Shown: in pieces, positions 1 to 15,954 of the stretch
Layout: every line of letters begins with the position of its first letter
How positions within the stretch are numbered: the first letter of the stretch is position 1
NCBI GenBank assembly: GCA_012295275.1
Contig: CM022671.1
Coordinates: 21,700,001 to 21,764,000, forward strand
Direction of reading: 5' to 3'
Length of the DNA: 64,000 nucleotides
Source of the DNA: Chrysomallon squamiferum
Lineage: Eukaryota > Animalia > Mollusca
The notes under the pieces: generated by a model
What the model was told of the DNA's origin: nothing
What the model saw: the letters and a program-made list of their open reading frames with translations, nothing else
Databases searched by the model: none
Program-made: the position numbers and the translations under genes

Positions 1-145
1 TTTGCTTTGTTTTATAAATATTTTTTTTAATTTATTTTTATTTAAAAAAAAAAAAATTTAATATTATTTTTTATTAATTTAATTTATTTGTTTATTTGAT
101 CCTGTTTTTGTTTGTTTATTTCTTTCTTTCATTTTATAATTTCAG

Positions 146-3100
146 GCCATTGCCAAGTTTGAGTCACTAGTAAATCAGATACAGAAGAATGCACATGATA
201 TCGATCAAAGACTGCTGATGCTGGAACATGGAAACCTGTTCAAAGGACCTCCACCAAAACCAAATGCACCAGACATCCTTCCCAGCTGCAAGGTGAATTA
301 CTTCAGCTTATTCTTTTGTTCATTTTAAAATAATATATCCTAAATATTCCTTACAGTAACATAATGTGTGTAGCTTGCTTTGTCATATGATCTGCAAAAT
401 GACATATAAAAATTTTAAAAATGAAAAAAATGAAAACTAGACAGATATTTAAATCATTCTCATCAAATTATGTATCTTATATATATTTTTTTTAGAGAAA
501 TTATAATCTTTTATACATACTTACCACATTTGAATTCTTCTTTATCTTTGTACTGTGTTTACTGAAAAATATGTTAATTACTGCATCATTATTTTAATTA
601 AATATTGATGTTGTGGGATTTTTTATTTTTATTATGTCATAAAAAATTTCTTAGTAATTACTTTATCATATTTCTTTTAAGGAATTTTTTGAATTCATTG
701 AAAAAGAGCGTGCAAGAGACTTTGAAGTTCTGGCTAGGAAATACAAAGCAATAGGGCCACTGCTTACTAAAATGGAAGGACTGGTGGTCCACACAAACAC
801 TGGGAAGTCTCCCAAACTGGCTCAGTACTATTCTTACTGGGAAAGGAAGGTTTATGAAGCTCTCACAAAGGTATTTAAATTGTCCATATGTGTGTCTGTA
901 ATGGTGTTTGTATATCCATGGAGGATACTAATTTACAAATAACAGTTACAGAATATCTTTAATAATGTGGTGAAGATTTAAAAGGTCCTGTGCATTTAAT
1001 GGACGAATCATCAGATTTTTCAATGAGAACTTGGTCAAAAATTCCAAAAATCCAAATGTATAGGTCATATTATCTAAACTTTATATTCAAAACAAAACAA
1101 ATTTCAACAGCTGGAATTCTCATCTTATTTATTTTTTGTGTTTTTGTTTTCACAGATGGTAAGTAAAAACTTGCACAAGTTCAATGCAGCCCTGCAGGGA
1201 GACAAAGCACTGTTCCAGGTTGAGACGTTACTGGCAGCACCAGATGTTGTCCTCCATCCCCAGGCCAACGAGGTCTACAAAGTGACATTGCAGTGTGTCA
1301 GGGATTGCGTTGAAGGGTAAACTGGAGTTTTATGTGTTTGTTTGTTTTTGGTGGATTTGTTTTGTAATTGACAAGGACACCCAATGATGGAAACCTGAAA
1401 ATAAAGTGAAAAATTGCTAAATATTTTAATGATAACATTTGATACAATATTTTGTAATCTGTTGCCTAATTTATTGTATGATGTATTGTATTGAGAATTA
1501 AAACTTTTGATGTTATATAATTGTGGTGGAAATGCATGTTTTGCACTCCTTTTAATACCAAACACAAATGCATATTTAAAAATTTGTTTGATACAGTAAT
1601 ATTTAATCTTATTGCACTAACAATCGATATATTGACATAATTTATTGACATAATTTAATAATCAGTTACTTAAAACAGTAAACATACCTCAACAGAAAAA
1701 GAAAAGAATCACTTATGCTAACAGTAATTAGTGGTTCATTTTTTTTGTTTTTCTTGAACTGTAGAACAAAGCACTTTGTGCGATGGATGAATGGTACGTG
1801 TATAGAAACAGTGCCGCAGAAGGTGGAAGGAGAGGACGAGCCCTACGTGTTCAGTTTCTTCCGTGACATCTCGTCGAGTCCAGAAATCATCGAACTGGTG
1901 GAAATTGTAGCAAACAACATCAAAAGCACTCTGACAGGACTGCAGCGATACCTGAACAGGTGGAAAAAATACAGGATCATTTGGAAACCTGAAAAAGTAA
2001 GAGTCCAGTACTGTATATTTTCTCTTTAGAATTATCATTTAAAATTAATTTTTTTGAAATTTTATATATGTAGAAAAGAAAAATATATAGTAAAACAGAA
2101 CCCCCCAACAAAAAAAACCCAAACAGTATGAAATCTAAACTATTTGTTTACTAGTATTTTGTGAAGATTTAGTACTGAATGTCAGAGATTCAGTATTTAT
2201 CCTTATTGTCATCATACATTTTTTATTTAAACACTAATGTATCAACAGGATTTCATTTTTTTTTTTTTTTTTAAATTGAAATCTAATAATAATTATTTTA
2301 AATGCATTTACTTATTTCAGGCTGAATAACTATATTCTGATAATCATTTCAAACTACGAAGTAATAGTAGTTATGAAACAATAAACATTAATATGAAGCC
2401 AGACACACAGGTTTCATTACAGTTTTCTCAGTGTTTCAGTTCTGTATTAAACTACATTCTATTATCATGCTACTTACAGCTTCAGATTGCTGAAAAATGG
2501 ATGCAGAAAGGACTGACGGTGGTTCAGTTTGATGACAGGTTTCAGTATTACTACAAGACAATTGATGAAGTAGATTCCTTGCCCTCAACAAAAGATCAGG
2601 AATGCATTCGTCTGAACATGGCTCCATTAGCCACAGCTGTCAAAGAACATGCCAAACAGTGGATTGAGTGTCTGGGGAAACTTCTTCGAGATTCAGCCAA
2701 AGACAGTCTCCATGAACTCAGAGATGCCCTTGATGTGAGTCACTTAACTGAAGAATTAACTGCACCTTGAGGATTAAGATAATACCAAGCAAAATACAAT
2801 TTTTTTATGTCCAGCTAAATGCTTACTGCATAATGTTTCATTTATATGGGTAAGGTTTGAGTATAGAAAATCTTGGGCTATCATAAAACCAAGCATTTAG
2901 ATTGTTTAAAAGATGTTTGTTTTTAATTATGTTGCTGTTCATAAACTTACAGTGTTGATGGTCACTGAATTTGATTTTAAAAATTATTATTATTATTTTT
3001 GTTTTTTTTAAATCTGAAACATAAGTAACTCAAGAAAAGTGAAAAGTAGTTATCTTTTCTTATTTCTCATCTGTTTGTTTCCTTTATAGTCTAAATTTTT

Positions 3101-3931
3101 TTTTTTTTTTAATACTTTTTATCTTGATTAATAGCTAAGTGCACAAATCCATCCTGCAGTTGAAGGTAATAATCATCTGAATAAAATGTATGTTATTTTT
3201 TCTTCTTTTTTTCACAGAATAAATCTGAGGACTTGGATATTTCTCCAAGGAGTCTGGAAGACCTGAAATCTGTGTTGTCATGTATATCAGACATCAAAGT
3301 CATGTCTCTAGAAGTTGAGTCAAAGATACGAGAAATACAGGAAAAATACAGAACTCTCCATGTCTATGACATAGAGGTAGGCATCAGTTTTATAAAACAT
3401 AATAATTTAATAATGCAACAATTAAAACAGCATCGATTTTAATGTAATCATTTATGGCATAGAGGTAGGCATCAGTTTCGTAAAACTTAATAATGCAACA
3501 ATTAAAACATTATTTTACTATAATCATTTAACTGTTGTTATTTTTGTGTCTGTTTTTGTGAGACTTTCTCACTCTCTCTCTCTTTCTCTAATATATATGA
3601 AATTAATAACTATCATAACAGATAGGAAATGAACTGCACAGGCAAAGCAAAGACTTAACCAGGGGTAATTTATATTCAGATTTCAGAAGAAGAAAATGAA
3701 CTTCAGATAAAGATGCCAGAGATCTGGGATGAACTTGTTCTCAAATCCAAGAATGTTGATGCCAGTTTAGTGGTTGTCAAGAAGAAATTTACAGAGGTAA
3801 GGTTACATCTAGCTTTTTATTTACTGAAATTCTAAAATATTTTAAAATATTTGATTGTATTGGCTCATTTCTTTCAGCAATATTGGTATAGTTATTTTTT
3901 GAAATATTTACATATTAAAAAGAGAAAGGGT

Positions 3932-3981
<50 letters not shown>

Positions 3982-6900
3982 GTAATAGAATATAATATTT
4001 CAGTTAATTAATAATAAACATAAAAAAAACAAGTACTAATCCTAAATATGTATATTGTTTTATACAAAAATAAAAAAAAATAAAAAAAAATAAAAAAAAA
4101 TTATAATTCTCTTGCATGAAATATAAAATATAATGTATAATAATTTCAAATTTTAAAATTAATTAGCTATTATTATTTTGTATTAAAATGTATGATGTAT
4201 GCTTAAATATTAATTTTTCTTCCACAGATCACACAAGATGAAATCAAACAATATCGTAAAGATTTGGAAAAGTTTGCAGACAGGTTCCAAACAGAAGGTC
4301 CAGTTGCCTGTGGCAATGATTTAGACAAAGGTGATGATATTATATTTAATTATATTTAACAAATATGGCTATTTGTTTGAAATATTGTTGTCACAAATTC
4401 ATTATTTTTTAATTTTATTTGATTAAGATTTGTGTAGTTAATTTTCATTAAGTTTTGTTCAAATGTATAGTTTACTTCAATGTTAAACTGTTATTTAATA
4501 ACATAAGTTGTAAATATGAAAGAAAAATTTGTTGTCAGAACATCAAATATGTCAGAAATTAAATTCAGTCCAATTTTACCTTTATGTTCATCTTAAACAG
4601 AGACTGACAACTCCCATCCTGAAAACAACAAATATGTTAGAAATTTATTTGTTTTTCATTCAGCCTTGAAAACCATCGTCAAAATTAATAATAATTCCTT
4701 TTTAATTTATATTTCAATTTGTTTTAAAACTGCAGGTCTTGAGTTAATGAAGGTATTTCGTTCCGAGGTTGCTGAATATGAGGAACGTAGACAGGAGCTG
4801 GCCAATGCTGAAAAGCTCTTTGACTTGCCAATCACCATGTACCCAGATCTGCTTGAAGTGCAGAAACAGATGAAAGCTCTGGAGCAGATTTATGCCCTGT
4901 ATGAAGAACAGAAGGTAAGAGTATCAGCAACGACATGTTTTCATCAAATATAGTTATCAAAGGTAATTGAATCCATAACTGGGATCTGAGGTCAAACTGA
5001 AATGGCTCAGGAATAGGGTGAGGGTAGATGCAGGAGCACATGACTCAAAGGGTTAAAAAGTGTATTATCAAAAACAGATATAGAAGATTTCCATCTTGTA
5101 TACACAAAATTAAAATGAGTTGTTATTGTTGTAAAATATACTACCTTGTTAGAGATCTATAAGAAAAAAATATTTTAGAACTTGTTTTGTTATTTAAATC
5201 AAAATGATACAAACATTAAGAAAAATATATAATCTAATTTAACACTTATTAGTTGTATGAAAATTAAAGTATCAATATAAAATCACAAAATCACGTTATT
5301 TTACACTACATAATGAAATACTAATTATAAAATATTTCTACACATTATTATTAATTTTTTTTTTCAAATTTCAGTCTGCTAGAGAACTGTGGTCAGAGAC
5401 TCTGTGGTCTAATCTGAACATTCAGGTTCTGCAAGACGGCATTGAAGGTTTTCTCAAGAGACTGAGGAAGATGCCTCGTGACGTACGGTCCATACCAACA
5501 GCCAGAAACCTGGAGGAGAAGATGAAAGAATTCAAAGATTCCTTGCCGTTGTTTGTTGACTTGAAACACGAAGCTCTCAGAGAACGGTCAGTGGACAGTC
5601 TGAATTGTGGTGAAAAAAAAGCTTTAATGAAGACATTGAAACTTTTTTTCTTTTTCTTTTTTTTAAATTTAAAATTATTTGATTTGATTTTATTGTTTTA
5701 ATTTATTATTACTGTTGCAAATTTTTACTTATTGAAATTTATAAAACTTAAAAGGTTTGATAATTTGTTATTCTTCTGTATATATGCTCTCTTAGTTCGT
5801 TTGTATATGAATTGTATATGAGTAGTTTAGAAATTAGATAATATCTATTGTTTGTGGTTTTTTGTATTATTTATTAGTTTGAAACAATTCAGAGCCTTCA
5901 TTATGTATTCATACTTTCATAAACGACATATAATTTTTTTTTTTTTTTTTATAGTTTTTAAATAAACTATTTTCTTTAATTTTTATTTTCTATTTATTTA
6001 TTTGTGAAATTAGCATTATATTTATGTTCGTCAAATTTCATTTATTATTATAATTATCATAACAGTGAAATTATTACTGAAATTATTACATTGAAAAATG
6101 TTATTTTTATATTCCAGGCATTGGAAAGAACTGATGGCTAAAACAGGACAGAAGTTTGACATAAACCCTGAAACATTTACTTTGGCCAATGTTTTTGCTA
6201 TGGAACTGCACAGATTCCAAGACACAATTGCAGAAATTGTCACCTGTGCCAGCAAGGAAATGGGCATTGAGAAGGTTAACAGCTTTAATTTTTATTACTG
6301 CTACAGATTAAATTATCAATCAATAAGGATAAACAAAATAAAGATTTTAAATCTCTGCAAAATTTCCTGATTTTTTAAATTGAATTATTAGCAGTTTTGA
6401 AACTGAGAATTAGTTAAATTCATTCATTTTAAAATTTTACCATTTATGAAATGGGTTTTTTCCTTTTTGTTTGATTTAGTTAATTTGAATTTTGAGAAAT
6501 CATTGTATAGTTTCTTTCAATTTATATATTTACTGACAATTTTGCATTTATTTGTCTTTATACTTTTTATTTTTTATATAATGTGTGTATGTGTATTATA
6601 TATATATTTTTTATTACGATTATTGTTGCATGCTATTAATATTTAATATTGTTTTATATTTTTTGAATATATGTACATTTTCTATTATTTTTATTATTTT
6701 ATTTTTTATTTCACTTTATTTTATTAATATAAACATATATATATTTACTTTTCTTTGTTTTGTAATCAGGGAGTGAAAGAAATTGAGGAAACATGGCAGA
6801 ACATGAAGTTCTCTGTGCAGTCCTACATGAAGGGAACGTCTTTCAGAGGATACATTCTTGGATCAGTTGATGATGTTCTTCAAATTCTGGACGACAGTGC

Positions 6901-7758
6901 CATGAATCTACAGAGTATGTCTGCCTCACGATTTGCTGCGCCCTTTCTCAACTCTGTACACAACTGGGAGAAAAGTCTGTCGCACATTTCTGAAGTTCTT
7001 GATGTAAGTACTTTTATTTTGTTTTCAAAAGACCTGATTAATTTTAAGTTTTTTAAAACTGACAATTACATTTTTTGATAAATATCATTTTAAATTTCTG
7101 ATAAATAGCTTCAGAATTCTTCGATAATTGCATTTAGAATTTTTGGTGAATAGCATTATGAATTTTTTTTATAAATAACTTTTAGATTTTTTTCATAAAT
7201 GGCAATAACAATTTTTGATACATTACAGTTAATTTTTTTTTATGAATAACATTTAAAATATTTTATAAATAATGTTTAGAATTGTTGATAAATAATATTT
7301 ACAATTTTTTATAAATATTTAAAATTTTTGTTAAATGTTTATAATGTTTGATAAAATAACATTAAAATTTTTTATAAATAACATTTAAATTGTTTGATAT
7401 ATAACATTTAGAATTTTTAATTAGCATTTCGAATTTTAAAAAAATAAAATCTTACTTTTTTATAAATGACATTCTGAATTTCTGATAAATAACATTTTAA
7501 TTTTTAGAAAAATAGGAGTAAGATTTTAAGTTAATGGATTTAATGGTTTGTTAATTAACAGGTGAAAGAGAAATTTAGGAATATGTTTTATATTCTATAG
7601 AAAAAATATTATTTTCATACTGTTTGTGTTATATATTTTAACATTATTCAGTCACGTGTAATGATGTGGGTTAATTAATTCATTCATTGGTTATTGTTCT
7701 TTTCTCTTATTAAAACTGTCACATTAAGTGCTGAATTTTTTAAAATTTATTTACATAT

Positions 7759-7789
<31 letters not shown>

Positions 7790-9712
7790 GTTCATTCATT
7801 TATTATTTTATTGTACTTGTTTATTGTCTATTCTTATTAAAGCTATAATACTGAGAGCTGTTAAGTTATTTTTAATCTTCTAAAGATTTAACTAAAATTA
7901 ATTAGTTAATGATTGCTTACAACAGGTGTGGATGGTAGTACAAAGGAAGTGGATGTATCTTGAAGGGATCTTTATAGGGGGAGATATTCGTGCACAGCTG
8001 CCAGAGGAGGCCAAAAAGTTTGATTCCATTGATAAAACTTTCAAAAAGGTTAGTATATATTTTTCGATAAGTATCCATAAAAAAAAAAAAAATGTCTTTA
8101 TTTTGTTGTTACTAAGGCAAATATTTAATAATGGTTTTATAGAGAAAAGTAGTTATTTCATTTTAAAATTAATGTCATATCCTGTTAATATAATTATATG
8201 CTATCCAAAATTACTTCAGCTACATAATATAATTTCATACTGTATTGTTAGGTATATTTGCAAAAACAAAATTCCTAAAATTAACATATTACATTCAGTA
8301 ACAATTAAATCTAATCTTCATGTGCAGTTTAAAATATAAAATGTTATAAATAATTGTCAGACATGATTCCAAGTATTAGATAAACAATATTCATTGTTTT
8401 TTTTTAAAAAAGGAATACATTTTCCATATTTTAAAACAAAATTGTCCCTTTTTTTAAATTATTAACATAGTTGTTTATAAATATTACAATATTGTTCATT
8501 CTTTAATTCAGTGCTTACAAATATTACAAAGTTATTCATTTTTTAATTCAGTGCTTACATATTTTATATTTTTAATTTGGACAGATCATGAATGAAACAC
8601 AAAAGACACCTCACATCAAAAGTTCATGTCATGCTCCAAACAGACTTACAGACTTACAGAACCTGAGCTTGGGACTTGAAAAGTGTCAGAAATCTCTGAA
8701 TGACTACCTCGACTCAAAGAGAAACGCGTTCCCACGTTTCTTCTTCATCTCTGATGACGAGTTGCTCAGTATCCTCGGCAGCAGTGATCCCGAGTGTGTT
8801 CAAGAACACATGATAAAGGTTGTCATGAAGTTTCTGTTTTGTAGTAATAGGATTTAAGTTTATTTAAAATAGATCTTACAATCTTTTTGTAAAATATCTT
8901 CTAAAAGTGTTTAAAACGTGTTTCATTATAAACAATAACTTTTTTATATATATATATATATATATATAAAATTTATCTTTTATTTAACTATGTCCAAGCT
9001 TATTAATTACACATCTAAGACTTATTTGTAGTATCTTTGTGTATCAGAATCATATCTTATTCATTTTTCATGATAATCTTAAAAAAACACAAAGTTATAG
9101 TGTCACTTCTTTAATATTTGTTTCCATATAATTTGAGAAATATATTATGGTAACAAAATGTGATGTCTTTAAAAGGTTTTATTAATAATATCAAATTCTA
9201 ACATTTTATAAACATGTTAATAATAAAAAAATTAAAAAAACGTCTTTCAGATGTTCGACAACATAGCATCTCTGGCATTCCAAAAAGGCTCAAACAATGA
9301 GATGCTGGCTACTGCGATGGTGTCAGCTGAAGGAGAGATCATGGAATTCAGAAACAACATAGCCGCAGAGGGACGCGTGGAGGACTGGATGACCAGCATG
9401 CTGGAAGAAATGAGAAGCACAAACAGACTGATCACCAAAGAGGCAATCTACTACTACTGTGCAAACAAACCAAGGTGCGTTTTTTCATTTTTATTTTGTT
9501 TTCCCATGGGTGTTATGTTGTAGTAATTACTACATACCGATCAATAGTGTTTTTGTATTGTATTATTTTTATCATGAAGTGCTTTTTAATCTTGAAAATT
9601 GTGACATCTTCCAGTTTTATTTGTTTCTTTATTATAGATGTATCAGTGATACAATATGGGAAAATATATTTTAATTTTTTTATTATTGTCATTAATTTGT
9701 GTTCTAAATATA

Positions 9713-9752
<40 letters not shown>

Positions 9753-12700
9753 TAGTTGTTAAACATATCCATCCAGTTTCATCATTCAGTAAAGCATCTC
9801 ATATTTTTATTGCATATCCAAATGCTACAGAGTATCATCTTCCATTTTAATTTTTACCTCTATCTAATTTCATGTTTTTCATCAATTACATGATAATTTA
9901 TTATTACAGTGTTTTCAAATACGTAATGTTTATTTCTAGGGTGGAGTGGATGCTTGACTATCAGGGTATGGTGTGTCTGGCTGGAAACCAGGTGTGGTGG
10001 ACATGGGAGGTGGAAGACGTCTTCAACAAGATAAAGAAAGGACAAAAGACTGTTCTCAAAGAGTATGCCAAGAAACTACACAAACAGATCAGTGACTTGG
10101 TTGTCAAGGTTTGTTTCAGTTCATACAGGCAATAATTATAATTAAAAAATAACATTTTTCTTTTAAATACTCAACTTTGTCATTTATTTTAATTTATTTT
10201 TATTTTTATTTTTTTATAATATTGAAAGGATTTAGAGACTTAATTTGATTCATTTTAATAATGAAATTAAGGAAAAAAAGAAAATAGGATTTAATATTCC
10301 AGCATGAAAACTGTTATACTACAAATGTTAAATAAAATGTCAGTATTTAATACACCACATAAATTTTAGTGGAAAATAAATGTAAAACAAAAGATAGTAG
10401 TTTAATAAAACCTTATGATATATAGCATATTAAATAAATATACTGTATATCAAGGGTATAATAAAATAAATGCAAAAGAAAGGGTTTAGTTCAATAAAAT
10501 ATAAAATGTTAAGATTTAATTTTGCACATGAACTTTATAATAAAATAAGTGCACAGGAAAATAGTACAGTCTAATAAAATATATTAACTGACATATCAAT
10601 AAGTAAAATGTTAAAATTTAATATTGCATGGAAACTTTATAATACAATGAACAAAAGGTAAAGCAGTTTAGTTTAATCAAACGTCATGTTATGACACTTT
10701 TTAAAATGTTATTTGTTATCATTTTGATAGGTTCGTTCTCCTCTGACCAAGAATGAGCGAAGCAAGTTCAACAGTGTCCTCATTATTGAGGTCCATGCAA
10801 GAGACATTGTCGATGGTTTTGTCAGAGACAGGTAATGTAGTGATAAATGAACTTTCTGTAGCATCTCTCAGCATCAGTATATTGTTATTTTAGTTTTCTT
10901 AATGAAAAATATATCTAGTTAATGATCATACAAAATAAATATAATTCTAGAAATATATTTAGTAGGTTAATATTTGGATTATTTTCAAATTGAAGAATTT
11001 ATTCAGCTTCTTTTTGAATTGGTTTTATTTAGTTTTAATTTATTAATTTATCTACTAGGTATTATGAATAGTGTTAATTTGACCGTCAGATGGAACATTA
11101 TACATATTTTTTCAGAATTAATTCTTTGATAGTTTCTGAACTCATAGATATGGGTTACAAAAACTGCAGAACTGACATGCACTGAATTGTAATGATTGGT
11201 AATGGATTAAATGACTAAAATTATAAATTGATGGGCAATTAAAGATTTGAAGAATAAATAATTGTTATTGAAACATAATTAAATTAACTAATAATTGTAA
11301 GAAGCTTGCTCATATAGTCTTGAACATAAGAAAATATGCATATCTATTAATTTTTTTTATCTTGAAAAAATAGTTATAATAAAATGACCCCAGATATCAT
11401 AAACATATTTTATAGACTTGAATTATAAAATTTAATTCATTTCAGTACCTCGCAGATCTTCTTTATACTCTTCCTCTTTTGGAAATTGTCTTGAAATATT
11501 AACTTTTTAAAATTCGGTTAAACACAATTTAACATTTTTACAGTATCATGGATGCTCGAGAGTTTGAGTGGGAGAGTCAGCTGAGATTCTACTGGGAGAA
11601 GGAGCCTGATGAACTACTCATACGACAGTGTACTGGCATATTTGGTTATGGTTATGAGTACATGGGACTCAATGGAAGACTGGTTGTCACCCCACTGACT
11701 GACAGAATTTACCTTACACTGACCCAGGTAAAGCATTATCCATTTGCATCAGTGACACATCTATTATTAAATATAAAAAATGTACTATGCTTTTTAAAAA
11801 TTAATTTCAGATTTGAGAGATTCATTATATAAGCATATAATATTATAGTAAATCAGATTATACTGGTGTTATTTCAACATTTTATTTAAATGACGAAAAA
11901 TTTTTTTTATTATTTGCAGGCTTTGTCTATGAAGTTGGGAGGAGCACCAGCAGGTCCTGCTGGAACTGGAAAAACAGAAACAACCAAAGATTTAGCTAAA
12001 GCTCTCGGTCTGCTCTGTGTAGTGACCAACTGTGGAGAAGGCATGGACTACAAGGTAGGTTTATAAGTTACAAGCTCCAGTCATTTTCAGTAAATGATTT
12101 TTATTTTTTTCTGCAACCATTTTTACATTACTTTTTGTTACGAATTTGTAATAAAATTTTTATTTTTCTCTTTTAGAAAAATATTTATTTATTTATTATT
12201 ATTTTATCATTATTATTATTATTTATTTATTTATTTTTTATTATTTATTTAGTTATTTTGTTTGTGATAGGATATTGTTAAGTATCAATTCATTTTTAAG
12301 TAACAGTTACTATTTTTTGATAAAAAATTTTACTTAAATTTAAAACTGGTAAAAAGATATATTTCAGAATTTAACACTTAATTCCAATTTTTATAATTAC
12401 CTTCTGCTAAACATAAAACGATTATAACAAATATAATATTCCACATTTTGTTCCTAATAGCATCAGATGCCTATTTTTTTATATATATATTTATATTCAT
12501 ATTGTTTGTTCAGCAAGCTGTTAATAATGAAAATGTTGAAATTAAAATCTTCCAGGCTGTTGGGAAGATTTTCTCTGGTTTGTGTCAGTGTGGAGCATGG
12601 GGTTGTTTTGATGAGTTCAATAGAATTGACATTTCTGTGTTGTCTGTCATCTCCACACAGCTGAAAACCATCCAGAATGCTCTCATGCTCAACCTGAAGA

Positions 12701-13135
12701 GATTCCACGTAAGAAATTTTAATAGCATCCTGAGTGAATTGTGGAAATAACGATTTAATAAATATTAGTATTACATATGAGAAAAAGATTTATATTAGAT
12801 ATACAAGTTGTTTGTTTAAAAAATATTATTATTGTAAGGTGAAAAGAAATTAAAACACTGGTATTAAACACAATAAATGTAAAGAATTATCCCTTCCAGC
12901 ACAGAAATTAAAAATAAATACTACAACATTTAAATTGTGTGTTTATGTCCTATTGTTTTGGAATAAAAGTTAAAAAAAAAAAATTAAATTAAAAATTTAC
13001 TATTATTCTTGTATAGACAACAAAATAATAAGAAAAAAATATGAAATGAAATATATGAAACAAGTGATAATGTTTTAGAGACATTTTAATGATCAAATTT
13101 TTTATTTTGTTTAATTAAACAGAATCCCTTCACGG

Positions 13136-13231
<96 letters not shown>

Positions 13232-14486
13232 ATATTTTATCATATGTAAAATACAGCAGAATTTCTATAACATAAAATATAATGATGTATATATTCTGTG
13301 TATTTATATGTATGTTTATTTTGTGTTTAGTTTGAAGGCCAAGAGATCAATCTAGACAGCAGAGTTGGCATCTTCATCACAATGAACCCAGGATATGCTG
13401 GCCGTACAGAACTTCCAGAATCTGTGAAAGCCCGTTGTTCAGACCTGTGGTTGTCATTGTTCCTGATCTGCAGCAGATCTGTGAAATCATGTTGTTCTCT
13501 GAAGGTTTTCTCCTGGCCAAGGTAAGAGTCAATATTTTCAGTTGGTTGTAATTAATATATAACATGGCTATATGAGGTCTAAAAAAAAAAAGAACATGAT
13601 TTTTATAAAAAGCTTGTTAAATATTTTATGGTTTGTTGTTCATATATTTAAAATGCAAATTCAGTTTTGAATCTTTATGTAAATGTTCTATATTTTGAAT
13701 CTGACTTTGAATACGATAAAATGAGTATTTAAAAAAATGTTGGTTGATAGTTGATTATATTATATAATTTACAACAAAAAAAACATATAAAAAAAAACAA
13801 GCCTAATTTTGATAATTGATTGTTTATAATTATAATCTGACCAGCTATATAAATTGAATTAATCTCTAACATTAAAAATTAACTTTCTGTAGACAAGTTT
13901 CAGTTAACTGAATTTCATATTAATTGAAAAAATAAATTTGTAGATGAATTTAACAGTTATATTAGTTTCAATAACTGAATTTCACATTTACAGAAAAATG
14001 AACTTGTAGTCAGTAATTGAAGTTCACATTCATTTACAAACAGGTGCTGGCCAAGAAGATGACAGTATTGTACAAATTAGCCAGAGAACAGCTGTCTAAA
14101 CAATACCATTATGACTTTGGTCTGAGAGCTCTCAAGTCTGTCCTGGTAATGGCCGGAGAACTCAAAAGAGGATCACCTGATCTTCAAGAGGTGAGATTAT
14201 GTGAAAGATTATCATTGACTGTATTTTATTTGCTAATAATTGTACTATAGCTATTTTTATTTTCTATCTAGGAAATACAAACTTCTCGTTTTTACAACAC
14301 ATTTTTAATTTTTTATATTTATTTATTTTTTTTTAAGAATAATTAAATTGTTCATTTTTTTTTTATCATTTTAAATTACAAAATATTTACATGAAAGGTA
14401 GTATTTTTTATAAATGTTATTAAAATATTGTTAGATTTTCATTCTGGTTTCTTTCATTTAAGCTGTTTTAAACCATTGATTTACTT

Positions 14487-14570
<84 letters not shown>

Positions 14571-14925
14571 ACACATGAATTGTAGTATTTTAAAATTAAA
14601 ATGTTTGGTTTATTCAGGATGTGGTGTTGATGAGAGCTCTCCGAGACATGAACTTACCAAAGTTTGTGTATGAAGATGTGCCACTGTTCCTGGGACTGAT
14701 AGGTGATCTGTTTCCTGGACTCGACTGTCCTCGTGTACGTTACCCCAACTTCAACGATGCTGTGGAAGCTGCTTTTGAAGAGAACAACTTCATTGTGCTT
14801 CCCCAACAAGTACGTTTCTTTTAATAATTTTCTAACTAATGTAACTAGTATTTTTAATTTTTTTGTTTGTTTTTTTCAAATTTTCATTAATTTCTTCACG
14901 TCTTTAATGATTAAAAATAATAATA

Positions 14926-14969
<44 letters not shown>

Positions 14970-15923
14970 AATAATTATTATAATAATTATAACAATAACA
15001 CTAACAATTACAATAACAATAATAAAGTAATGTATTGTGTTTATATTAATTACAAACTATAATCTTATCTGAAATACTGATTTAATGAGTTATAAAATAA
15101 ATGTTTCACGATATTCCATTAAAGATTTTGTCTTGTTCATTGTAGACTAGTTTTAACTTTAATCTTCTGTATCCTTTCCTTTGTTTTATTGTTTTCCATT
15201 CTGTTTTATTGTTATAAAAATCTGCTCATATGTTTGATCTAGTGTCGTGTTCAGTCATTCTCTGGGAAAGTCAAATACATAACAAAGTATATTTTACTTT
15301 GACAGGTTGACAAAGTGGTTCAGCTGTACGAGACCATGTTAACAAGACACACAACCATGGTTGTAGGACCCACAGGTGGTGGCAAAACTGTTGTCATCAA
15401 TGCACTGTGTCAGGCTCAGACAAAGTAAGTGTGTTGTCTTCATTTACAGTTACTTTCATTTATGTCAAAACCAAGACTAATCAGTTTGTACACTGGATAT
15501 CTCACTATGTAAAAGCATAATATTCATGTTATGTCTGAGATATGATGTCATTTTTCTCAAAACCATTCAGGGTATAGATATGATGGTGATGCTTTCATGT
15601 GTTGAATTATAAGAAAAATTCTATCAAACATTACTTTATTTTGAAGCTGGTATCAGTGCTTCTGTGAATTTATTATTGCTGATATTTTATGTTAACAGAA
15701 TCACTGCATTTTTATGTTTTTGACTTGTCATTGGGTTTTTTTTATTTGTATCTCATTTCTCTATAATTGTGTTTGTGACTGATTAAATTTATGTGTATCT
15801 TAAGTTTTGTCAATGTATACTGCATAGACATGCATTTTATTATTACATTTGTTGTTGTTGTAGTTAATCTATGTTTATGACAAATTATGTATATCTGATT
15901 CTGTCACTGTTATAGGCATATAC

Positions 15924-15954
<31 letters not shown>

